Positions 1-7,912 of a DNA stretch of 14,574 nt are shown in pieces; the stretch's first letter is position 1, and each line of letters opens with the position of its first letter. The DNA is taken from contig JBIKWF010000110.1 in NCBI GenBank assembly GCA_044356455.1, positions 1 to 14,574 of the forward strand, read 5' to 3'. The translations under genes were made by a program, and so were the position numbers. Below the pieces are notes generated by a model. That model saw nothing but the letters and a program-made list of their open reading frames with translations. It made no database searches and was not told where the DNA came from. This stretch comes from Bdellovibrionota bacterium (lineage in GTDB: Bacteria > Bdellovibrionota_C > UBA2361 > JBGSMV01).

Positions 1-119
1 CGTAAGAACTCCATCGGAGAGCCGGATGCGGGAAAGCCGCACGTCCGGTTCGATGAGCGGATGCAGGGAATCGGCGCGCGCCGCACGGCGCGGACGCTGC
101 GCCCTGAATTCGACTCTAC
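1..119 (+). mobile_element. 3' end (domains V and VI) of a group II intron, continuing upstream of the window
   Basis: GAGCCGGATGCGGGAAAGCCGCACGTCCGGTTC (19-51) has the domain V signature: AGC triad, GAAA-containing loop and AC bulge. It is followed by a domain VI-like stem ending ...CGACTCTAC, with a putative branch A at 113 and terminal AY at 118-119. Confidence 0.9.
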
Positions 120-179
120 CGAGATCCCTTCGGGTTCGTGAGATTACCGCTGGAAATTAGCCGTCCGGGCCAATTTCCA

Positions 180-235
180 ACATCGCCCCCTCTCCGTTCG
201 CCACGGCAGAGTGTCGAACGGAGAGGGGGCGATGT
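180..235. repeat. Long GC-rich inverted repeat (REP-like hairpin or possible terminator for the GNAT gene)
   Basis: ACATCGCCCCCTCTCCGTTCG (180-200) and CGAACGGAGAGGGGGCGATGT (215-235) are a perfect 21-bp inverted repeat. There is no poly-U tail. Confidence 0.75.
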
Positions 236-359
236 CGCGTACTTTACGCGCAAATCGGAGTGTCCTTTTAAAAAGCTTAAGAAATCAGGAATGACGCAGA
301 ATGCGCGGAGGGAAATTTTTCTTCTAAGGTCCTTGGATCTAGCGATTCGATATCGAGGC

Positions 360-998
360 TCATGGGGCACTTTCCGAGAATCCAAGCGCTCGGTAGAGCT
401 GGCGGGCGGCATAATTGTCCTCTCTCACGCAAAGGACAATCTCAGCTTTACCGAGCCGCGAAGCCAGCGCCCCGAACTCAACCAAAAGTGCACGCGCTAA
501 GCCCCTTCCACGATAATTGGGATCTGTGAATATATCAGTAACAAAGAGGGAATCTGTGGCCTTTCCCCAGGGCGGACCTGTCACTGCGAACAGTGCTGAA
601 ATAATGCTTCCCCCTTCATTTTCCACAACAAAACAGCCACCAGGAAGAAATGCACCAAAGTCTCCTCGATACAGAGCTCGGAATTCATCTCGACTGCCTG
701 CGTCCGACTGATAGGTTCTATCTGCCTGAAAGCAGCGGAAGTGAAGCGCCGCGACCTGTGCAAAATCCTCTGGTTCAAAGAGCCTTTGGCGAAACCCAGC
801 TGGGATGATCGGCTGAGTCGGGGGCAAGAGCGAAGAGGTCTGTGCAACAAGACATAAACGCTTCCCTGGCGAGACTACCGAACTTAGGCCGTCACACAAA
901 TCTGGGAATCGATACGGCTTTCCACAAATGGTGAGGTCAACAAATTCGAAGGAAGTGTTGGTACTCCTGCCGAAACGCGCATCGTTGCCAAGTGCCAT
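360..998 (-). CDS. GNAT-family N-acetyltransferase
   Basis: 212-aa ORF with acetyl-CoA binding motif A (IFTDPNYRGRGLARALL) and C-terminal VREDNYAARQLYRALGF. Confidence 0.9.
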   Translation of the reverse strand: MALGNDARFGRSTNTSFEFVDLTICGKPYRFPDLCDGLSSVVSPGKRLCLVAQTSSLLPPTQPIIPAGFRQRLFEPEDFAQVAALHFRCFQADRTYQSDAGSRDEFRALYRGDFGAFLPGGCFVVENEGGSIISALFAVTGPPWGKATDSLFVTDIFTDPNYRGRGLARALLVEFGALASRLGKAEIVLCVREDNYAARQLYRALGFSESAP

Positions 999-1016
999 AT
1001 TGAAGTTCCCTTTACG

Positions 1017-1056
1017 TAGCCTCTTTTTCCACGCGCAGTGTGAGAAAAAGAGGCTA
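1017..1056. other. Stem-loop immediately upstream of the GNAT start
   Basis: TAGCCTCTTTTTC (1017-1029) and GAAAAAGAGGCTA (1044-1056) form a perfect 13-bp inverted repeat, extendable by CACGC/GTGTG. Its function is unknown. Confidence 0.55.
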
Positions 1057-1300
1057 GTCTTTGTTCAAGTTATCCCTATTGTTATGCATCGTTGACTCGA
1101 AGATGTTTCACAGGTTTAACGCGCACGGCCCTTTAATAATCAGGTGCTTACAAGGCTAGCAGAATTCTCCATTAAGCCTCTTCGCCCAAGGAATCTTTGG
1201 AATGACGGCATCCCTCATCGATTTCGGTAAGTCAGCAGCCAAGAACCATGTCCATGTAGGCCCCCGTCATCACCCCCACCCCCAAAAAACTATTGACCAT

Positions 1301-1328
1301 TTGTCAGCAGCAAGTTCCGCGCTATCAT
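1301..1328 (+). promoter_or_regulatory. Possible sigma70-type promoter for tldD-tldE
   Basis: TTGTCA (1301-1306), 16-nt spacer, TATCAT (1323-1328), ending 8 nt before the ATG at 1337. Confidence 0.3.
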
Positions 1329-1336
1329 TATAGGCG

Positions 1337-2824
1337 ATGAGTATTCGAGACGGAAAATTTCTAGAGCAAGACCAATTTGTTAAGTTCCTGGCGCTCTGCT
1401 GCGAAGAGGCGCAGAGAGGTGGAGCTACCTTCAGCGACATGAGATTCTCTCGAGTTGCAGAGGAGCGATTTATCTGCCGCGATCGCGAGGTGGAGGAGTC
1501 CGAGATAGGAACTACCCACAGATTTGGCATTCGGGTTTGGATTGATGGTGCCATGGGGTTTGCGTCGGGCGCAGCCTTTGATGAGGAGACCGTCCGAGCT
1601 ATGGCTCGAGAAGCCTGCCTAATAGCCCATGCGCATGCCAAACGAACACGCCTTATTGCTGCCCCACCTGTCCATCCACGGGTCTTACCTTCTTGGGTAA
1701 GCCCTCACGTTATAGACCCATTTTCAGTTAATGTGAGAGAAAAAGAAGAATGGCTTCTTGGCGCGAATGGAACGGCTCTTTCCGCAGGAGCGACGCACTG
1801 TGAATCGCATCTTTGGTTTGTAAAGGATTTTCGACTTTACGGTTCCTCGGACGGAGTTGTTTTATCCCAAGAGGCAATTCGTTCATGGGCGGAGGTCAGA
1901 CCTTCTATCGTTGACTCCCAGGCGGGTAAGCATGCTGAACGCAAGACCCTCATCCCCCCCCAAGCCTGCGGCTACGAACTCCTCGAGAAATTCCCTCCTA
2001 CAGAAATAGAGATTGCGACGGAGCATGCCAAAATGAAACTCAAGTCGCCGACGGTTAGGTCTGGGACCAAGGATCTTGTTATTGCGCCGTCCAATCTGTG
2101 GCTTACCATCCATGAGACCGTGGGCCATTCTACTGAGTCTGATCGGATATTAGGATTCGAAGCCAACTTTGCGGGGACGACATTTGTCAAACCAGTGGAC
2201 ATTGGTCATTTGGTATTTGGGTCTCCCCTAGTCAACTTTACTGCCGATCGTACTTCAACAAACGGCCTCGCAAGCTCCGGATTCGATGACGAAGGGATTC
2301 CGACCTCGAAGTTCCAGCTTGTGAAGGATGGTATTCTTGTCGACGTCCCAACCTCCAGTGATACGGCTCGGATCCTCGGTTTCGAACGTTCGAATGGCTG
2401 TGCGTTCTGCGAAACCGCCGGCAGAATCCCCATTCTTAGAATGCCCAATATATCGCTTGAGCCTGGCGCTCGCGCATGCTCGCTCGAGAACCTGATTTCT
2501 GCCGTAGAGGATGGGCTCCTCGTCATTGGCGATGATTGTTGGAGTATCGATCAGAAACGCCATCAATTTCAGTTTTCTGCGCAAGAGCTATGGGAAATAA
2601 GGAGGGGGCGAATTACTAACCTCGTTAAAGATGGCGCTTATCACGGGAGGACTCGCGAGTTCTGGTCCTCTCTCACTGCGCTTGGGGACGCAAGTACAGT
2701 CGGTTCTGGGGGCACTTTCTTCTGCGGCAAGGGCGAGCCGCTTCAGGCTTCCCCGGTAAGTCATGGTGCCCCCGCCGCGCTTTTTCGCAATGTGGAGGTT
2801 TCTCAGCTGGGAACTGCGCGATGA
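1337..2824 (+). CDS. tldD: TldD-family metalloprotease, catalytic subunit
   Basis: 495 aa with HExxxH motif (TIHETVGHSTESDRILG, nt 2111-2128), FDDEG, RMPN and the C-terminal CGKGEP...VSHG motif typical of TldD. Confidence 0.93.
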   Translation: MSIRDGKFLEQDQFVKFLALCCEEAQRGGATFSDMRFSRVAEERFICRDREVEESEIGTTHRFGIRVWIDGAMGFASGAAFDEETVRAMAREACLIAHAHAKRTRLIAAPPVHPRVLPSWVSPHVIDPFSVNVREKEEWLLGANGTALSAGATHCESHLWFVKDFRLYGSSDGVVLSQEAIRSWAEVRPSIVDSQAGKHAERKTLIPPQACGYELLEKFPPTEIEIATEHAKMKLKSPTVRSGTKDLVIAPSNLWLTIHETVGHSTESDRILGFEANFAGTTFVKPVDIGHLVFGSPLVNFTADRTSTNGLASSGFDDEGIPTSKFQLVKDGILVDVPTSSDTARILGFERSNGCAFCETAGRIPILRMPNISLEPGARACSLENLISAVEDGLLVIGDDCWSIDQKRHQFQFSAQELWEIRRGRITNLVKDGAYHGRTREFWSSLTALGDASTVGSGGTFFCGKGEPLQASPVSHGAPAALFRNVEVSQLGTAR

Positions 2825-4143
2825 CGATCACTTCCCCCACCGCATTGCAAGCCTTAGTTGAAGCTGGAGTCGCCTACGTCCGAGACAGAGACCTGTCTGT
2901 AATCGCCTCGACAACTACGCGTCGGCACATTCGGTTTTCTGAAGAGAACCTCCTTCTTGGGAGTTTAGAAACAGGCTCTTGTCTTCAAGTCAACTCCAGC
3001 AGTCAAGGGAGAACTCATCGAATAGAACTGACTTCCCTCGACCTACTGGCACTCCGCACCGCAATCGATTCGGTGGAATCCAACGCCCCAGCCATTTTTT
3101 CTAATACTCAAGCTTCCCCGCCTGAACTGTATACTTGCCATGCAGTATCGGAAGCGAAACAGCCGGCTTCGCACTCTCGATATCTTGATCTGCTTTCCGA
3201 AAGCGTTGAAAGGCTTGTCGCGGCCGGATTCTCGATATCAGGGCACCTGTGCGATTCAATAGAGACGGAGGCGATCGGAAGCCCGCAGCATGGAGTTGGC
3301 TGCTTTTCCAATCAAGAAGTTACGTTCTCTTGCACTCTCCAATCGCGTGAATCAGGTAGAACGAGCAAATGCCGATTAGCCGCCAGCTCGATCGACGAGC
3401 TCGATATCGCCCCAGCCCTAGCTGCTGCGGCCTTTCGCTGCAAGCTCGGCCCAACCTTGGCTCAAGTCCCATCCGAGGATCTGCCCATCATATTAGAGTC
3501 TGGGGCGGTAGCGGATCTGATGAATGTTATGTTCTGGAACTTCAATTTGCGCTCAGCCCAAGAGGGACGAAGCGGCCTTTCTCTCAGGGAAGGGGGGACG
3601 TTGATCGGAAGCAGAATTACATCTCCTGCCGTTCATTTATTCTCTGATCCGAACGTTTCACACCTGCGATGTAAGCCTTGGGATCCGCAAGGCTTACCCT
3701 TAACCCGAACGGTATGGATCTCAGAGGGTGTTCTTCGAGCTCTCTGCTGTGATCGCATGTGGGCCCGCAAGCAATCGCTCCCCGCAATTGGTGAACCGCG
3801 AAACCTCCTCCTCAAGGGAACAAACAAGCCTTTAGAAGACTTAATTGGAGGCGTGAAACATGGGCTTCTCATTACGAACCTGTGGTACCTGAGGCTTATC
3901 CAATCCGAATCTATGCTATTTACCGGCGTAACACGCGACGGAGTGTTTCTCATTCAAGATGGAAAGGCAGTCCAGCCGGTAAGAGATTTTCGCTTCAACA
4001 TTTCCGCACTTCAGATTCTCTCAAACATTACTGACCTTTCCTGCTCAGCTCGAACCTTCTGCTATGAACCTGGTCTTGAGCGAGTCGACGTTCCCGCCTT
4101 GCTCACGAAAGGGCTTAAGATAGTAGGCGAAGTTTCAACTTAA
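2821..4143 (+). CDS. tldE: TldE/PmbA-family non-catalytic partner subunit
   Basis: 440 aa with ATGA overlap with tldD. It has PWDPQG, GLLITNLWYLR, TGVTRDGVFLIQDG and PVRDFRFN motifs and lacks the HExxxH motif. Confidence 0.88.
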   Translation: MTITSPTALQALVEAGVAYVRDRDLSVIASTTTRRHIRFSEENLLLGSLETGSCLQVNSSSQGRTHRIELTSLDLLALRTAIDSVESNAPAIFSNTQASPPELYTCHAVSEAKQPASHSRYLDLLSESVERLVAAGFSISGHLCDSIETEAIGSPQHGVGCFSNQEVTFSCTLQSRESGRTSKCRLAASSIDELDIAPALAAAAFRCKLGPTLAQVPSEDLPIILESGAVADLMNVMFWNFNLRSAQEGRSGLSLREGGTLIGSRITSPAVHLFSDPNVSHLRCKPWDPQGLPLTRTVWISEGVLRALCCDRMWARKQSLPAIGEPRNLLLKGTNKPLEDLIGGVKHGLLITNLWYLRLIQSESMLFTGVTRDGVFLIQDGKAVQPVRDFRFNISALQILSNITDLSCSARTFCYEPGLERVDVPALLTKGLKIVGEVST

Positions 4144-4473
4144 AAGGAACTCAGCGCCTGGTCACCCCGAAGCTCTTCTCAAACTCCCTCAGCAGCACTA
4201 GACCCCCATCAGAGGACATCTCTCCGCCGCTAAATTTTCCTACCACTTTCTTCGATTTTTCAGCTTGAAACAGGAGAACTTGCTCTCTACACTCTGTCAT
4301 ATCCCCAGCGCCCTTTTCCCATTACAACAGTAAGCGCCGCACGAGAGGCGTTCTATTTGATGTTCGTGAGAGTTCTCTTAAAAGTGAAGTGAATTCAAAA
4401 GAGAACTCCTGACCAGAAATATTTATTGATCTTCAAGAAGTAGTGAAGTAGCTTCTGCGGCGAGAGCCGAACT

Positions 4474-5388
4474 ATGCAGGAACATCTCACTTTAAACTTT
4501 TGGCAACAAGCGGTCGCGTCGCTCGAGCTTTCAGAAACGCTACTCCCCTCTCCAGAGCGGTTCGATTTTACCGAAGAAGAGATCACTGACTACGTCGAAT
4601 GCCTGCGTTCTGAGGCATACTTTATAACTGGTCGTTCGTTACTACCGCGGGCGATGCGAGTGAAAATGCTAGACGCTATCGACAGTGTGATGGCTAAGCA
4701 GTTAGATCCCATTTGGACTCTGTTGTACGATGAGTTCTGGATTACCGCTGCTCAATTCAGCACTCTCATCGAGAGAATACTCGGACCTGACTATAAATAC
4801 GTTACTGGCAACTACATCTTCGTTATTCCTAATGAAGATAGTGCTAGCGGATGGGGGCCTCACCGGGACGTGATGCATAAAAAGTCATTAGCCGCTGATG
4901 GTCTTCCGGAAGTTATGACGTTCTGGACGGCACTGACAGACGCCACGCCACTCAATAGCTGTTTATATTGCGTACCTGGGTCGAGAGACAAGAACTACCC
5001 TAATAACGTGCAAGAGCGTTCGGTCGAGAATGTTAAAGACATTGTGTGCATGGCTGTGTCAGCAGGGCAGACCATCGGATTGAATCATTCGCTTCTTCAC
5101 TGGGGAAGCCGTAGTAGTAAGCGAGGAGCCGAACGACGGGTTAGTTTCGTTTTTGATGTTCAGCGAGGAGACGTTCCAAAGTATCAAGAAGTAACTTTAG
5201 ATCCTCGGAAGCCGCTTTCATTCGAGGAAAGAGCTGGGTACTTGGGACATGTAGTCCCATGGTTACATAAATACGGGGTTAAGTTTGCATACAAAGATCT
5301 CGCCATAGCGGGGGACTTTGTCCGCGCGTACGGTGAAGCTATAAATTTGCGGACTGACTATCTTACGGACTATCCCGATATACCGTGA
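4474..5388 (+). CDS. Phytanoyl-CoA dioxygenase (PhyH)-family Fe(II)/2-oxoglutarate oxygenase
   Basis: 304 aa with HxD (GWGPHRD), FWTALTDATPLNSCLYCVPGS, distal His (LLHWGS) and a downstream Arg (RRVS). Confidence 0.85.
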   Translation: MQEHLTLNFWQQAVASLELSETLLPSPERFDFTEEEITDYVECLRSEAYFITGRSLLPRAMRVKMLDAIDSVMAKQLDPIWTLLYDEFWITAAQFSTLIERILGPDYKYVTGNYIFVIPNEDSASGWGPHRDVMHKKSLAADGLPEVMTFWTALTDATPLNSCLYCVPGSRDKNYPNNVQERSVENVKDIVCMAVSAGQTIGLNHSLLHWGSRSSKRGAERRVSFVFDVQRGDVPKYQEVTLDPRKPLSFEERAGYLGHVVPWLHKYGVKFAYKDLAIAGDFVRAYGEAINLRTDYLTDYPDIP

Positions 5389-5392
5389 CCTT

Positions 5393-5428
5393 GCCTTCGT
5401 GTGTCATGTGGCCTTCGTGTGTCATGTG
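5393..5428. repeat. Perfect 18-bp tandem duplication
   Basis: GCCTTCGTGTGTCATGTG at 5393-5410 and 5411-5428. Confidence 0.95.
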
Positions 5429-5670
5429 GTTCTGAATGAGCTTTTTGGGTGGTCAGGTAGCGGCGTTACTTCCCCATCAATCATCATCCCGGAGTATTCG
5501 ACACCATCAGGTACGCTAGGCCTATCGTCACCGATGAGGTGCCTGGGCAGATACTATCCCAAGAACACTCCGGCTTCGGTACCTGGGTAGGCGAGCCGTT
5601 TGAAGAGGCAGACCGTACTAGGTTCGTCGCTCGCTATATTGAACGCGGACCGCACGCGTGGGCGTCGTAA
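5429..5670 (+). pseudogene. Possible degraded C-terminus (maturase domain X) of a group II intron reverse transcriptase
   Basis: Broken frames give LNELFGW and RRYF...GVFDTIRY...HAWAS*, resembling the LN...GW..YF...F..I..Y pattern of domain X. The stop at 5668-5670 lies just before domain V, where intron ORFs normally end. Confidence 0.45.
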
Positions 5671-5783
5671 GAACTCCATCGGAGAGCCGGATGCGGGAAA
5701 GTCGCACGTCCGGTTCGATGAGCAGATGCAGGGAATCGGCACGCGCCGCACGGCTCGGAGCTGAGCCCTGACTTCGACTCTAC
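5666..5783 (+). mobile_element. Second group II intron 3' end (domains V-VI) of a 5'-truncated or deleted copy
   Basis: 5666-5798 aligns with 1-134 with 7 substitutions and 1 indel by manual count. Domain V is at 5684-5716 and the copy ends CGACTCTAC at 5783. Confidence 0.9.
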
Positions 5784-6268
5784 CGGGATCCCTTCGGGCG
5801 AACTTTTTTTCTAATAACAGGCTTACGTGAGACTTGCAGATTCTTCTTTGACTGGCACGCTTTGACCAAACCTGCCAATTTTTTGCACTGCAGCTTCGAG
5901 CCCTTCCAGCGCAGAGGCACTCCTTTGCGGCGAGCTCTTCGAGCATTTTTAAAGGGGTCGTTATAGAACCGCTCGGGAAGGAAGCCGCACCACCGAAAAA
6001 TCTGTTCCTCGATCAAACACGCCTGATACTCTCGCAAAATCGACCAGCGATTCTTGAGGTCAAGATTATATCTTTCACGCTCTCTAGGCGTTGCCACTAC
6101 CCAATGGCAAAATTCATGAATGAGTCCCTCAGTGTCTTTTCTCTTAACAAGAATGCAATCAGGCCTCTGCTCTGACTCCTTTCCAAGTCTGACCTTGAGC
6201 CCAGTTGCCCTCTCAACTTCCTTTTTTACCGCCTCAAAGGCCCCGGAAACATCAACTCCCTTGGTCAT
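5780..6268 (-). CDS. Small HExxH-motif protein, loosely EpmC/YfcM-like putative metalloenzyme
   Basis: 162 aa with LIHEFCHWVVATPRER and a downstream Glu (REYQAC). It has a 4-nt overlap with the methyltransferase stop, and its own stop lies within the intron end. Confidence 0.6.
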   Translation of the reverse strand: MTKGVDVSGAFEAVKKEVERATGLKVRLGKESEQRPDCILVKRKDTEGLIHEFCHWVVATPRERERYNLDLKNRWSILREYQACLIEEQIFRWCGFLPERFYNDPFKNARRARRKGVPLRWKGSKLQCKKLAGLVKACQSKKNLQVSRKPVIRKKVRPKGSR

Positions 6269-7203
6269 GAAACCCTCCTGAGCAGAAACCAGAAATTGCC
6301 CCTTGCTTCCCGGTCGACGGATGCCCTCTCAAATCTATCGTCAAACGTTGCCTCTAACTTCCAAGGACACCCATCGCGGAAAAGGGACAAAAGTGTCGCA
6401 ATTGGGAAATATCCTTGACGCTGATATTCTCTCGTCACCTCAACTTGTCGCTCGACATCTTCAATTACTACCTCCTCGATTATTTGACTTGAGAGGTGAT
6501 CAAATGAGTGCAGTAACCAAGTTGCTCGATGCGGTCTCCCTTCCCAGGCAAAATCCCAAGAGCTCCTGTACGGTGTGGCTGGATCAGGCCTTAGATCGAG
6601 ATGGAATAAGTAGGCGCCCCCGGGAATCACAGAGTTTCCAAGACTACCAAGATGGGCGCGAAGCTGATGCATGCTCGTAAGATAGCGAATGGAGTTCATG
6701 CACGCGAATGCATAGGAATAGGAATTCGGGGAACAGAAGTACTCAACTCTTGCGCGAAAAATTCGGCACCCATTTGAGGAAGGCAACTTGGACTGTACCC
6801 AGCGGGTGGAGCTCAGGCTCTCATCTATTCCATCAACACACCATCCACGCTGTAGCACACAGGGGAGAAGAATCCTTCCATTCCCACAGCCGACGTCTAG
6901 CCCTCTACCTTTAAGGAGACTGCCAAACTGCTCTTCAAAAAAGTTCAACTCGGGTTCTGGCGACCAATTGAAAAGCGCCTCCATCAGCTCTGGGTGTTCA
7001 AAGATTTTCCTTGCACCCATGGTGCCATACCCTTGATTCTCAAGCTCTTTCGCATTGTCAAGGTGTAGTGAACCATCCCTAAGAAGGGATATCAAAACCG
7101 TTCTTTCTCCCTGACGCAGCACCAGGCAGGTGGGGGTGTGTGCACTGCGGACACGGGGATCAAGCTCAAAAACTGATCCATCATTTACTAGTATTGATTC
7201 CAC
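6265..7203 (-). CDS. Class I SAM-dependent methyltransferase with N-terminal extension
   Basis: 312 aa with motif I (LDVGCGNGR), VDGIDES, NSIRYL and PGGAYLF. It overlaps the arginase gene end. Confidence 0.9.
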   Translation of the reverse strand: MESILVNDGSVFELDPRVRSAHTPTCLVLRQGERTVLISLLRDGSLHLDNAKELENQGYGTMGARKIFEHPELMEALFNWSPEPELNFFEEQFGSLLKGRGLDVGCGNGRILLPCVLQRGWCVDGIDESLSSTRWVQSKLPSSNGCRIFRARVEYFCSPNSYSYAFACMNSIRYLTSMHQLRAHLGSLGNSVIPGGAYLFHLDLRPDPATPYRSSWDFAWEGRPHRATWLLHSFDHLSSQIIEEVVIEDVERQVEVTREYQRQGYFPIATLLSLFRDGCPWKLEATFDDRFERASVDREARGNFWFLLRRVS

Positions 7204-7903
7204 TGCCTACCATTCCTTTGCTCAACACACGCAACACTGAGCCTACAAACTGAAACTCCCTACTTTCCTCCGCCGCTCCATGCCATTCCACAATATCAGC
7301 TCCAACAATGGGGCCCCGAATTCTAGCAAGAGACTCAGTAAATGACTCGAAGGAGGTCGCGCAATCAGGAGCGCACTCGGCAGGATACGAAACCGAGGGA
7401 ACAGTAGAAGGAGGAAAATAGTCGAGATCTAGGGAAATAAAGGTAGGTCCAATGATATCCTTCTCAAGTAAACAAGGTCGAGGCTCCTTGACATCATGAC
7501 GTACTCCCAAAGAGATAACCCGAGATTGAAGAATACGGGAACAATGAAAAAAAACAGTGTAGTTCGTCAGCTGCAAATCTTCATAGCAATCATGGTGGGC
7601 ATCAAAATGAAGAATGGTAAGGGGGCCATAATGAGAGGTGAGCGCCTCGACTGAAAAGAATGTAAGGCTATGATCTCCTCCCAGACACAATGGAACGTCT
7701 CCCCTTGACGCAACTTCCGCCATGTCCCAGCCAAGCAACTTTGGCAAAAAGGGACCCATTTCTCGGGGATATTCTATGCAAGATTCTTTTTCACAGAGTT
7801 TCCGCCAGGCGCGAGCCGAACCAGCGCTCCCCGGTTTTTTTGAGTAGCCATCAAATGGAGAGATAATAGGAACGACTTTTTTCATTTCAAAATCTTTCTT
7901 CAC
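7181..7903 (-). CDS. Arginase/agmatinase (ureohydrolase)-family protein
   Basis: 240 aa with all hallmark metal-binding motifs: GGDHS, FDAHHD, SLDLD and GADIVE. Confidence 0.9.
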   Translation of the reverse strand: MKKDFEMKKVVPIISPFDGYSKKPGSAGSARAWRKLCEKESCIEYPREMGPFLPKLLGWDMAEVASRGDVPLCLGGDHSLTFFSVEALTSHYGPLTILHFDAHHDCYEDLQLTNYTVFFHCSRILQSRVISLGVRHDVKEPRPCLLEKDIIGPTFISLDLDYFPPSTVPSVSYPAECAPDCATSFESFTESLARIRGPIVGADIVEWHGAAEESREFQFVGSVLRVLSKGMVGSGINTSK

Positions 7904-7912
7904 TGTCGTTCT

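Noticed and set aside
1..134. Repeat pair 1-134 / 5666-5798 as a DGR template/variable repeat or retron ncRNA
   Set aside because: Differences are not adenine-specific and include an indel, the sequence has clear group II domain V/VI features, and no intact RT is in the window.
116..412. 98-aa minus ORF ending PKGSR, the same C-terminus as the HExxH protein
   Set aside because: The shared ending is just the antisense of the repeated intron end and flank. The ORF has no motif and overlaps the GNAT gene and a hairpin.
5399..5946. ORFs 5399-5590 (+) and 5554-5946 (-) as real genes
   Set aside because: They span the tandem duplication and intron remnant and are better explained as decayed intron sequence or chance frames.
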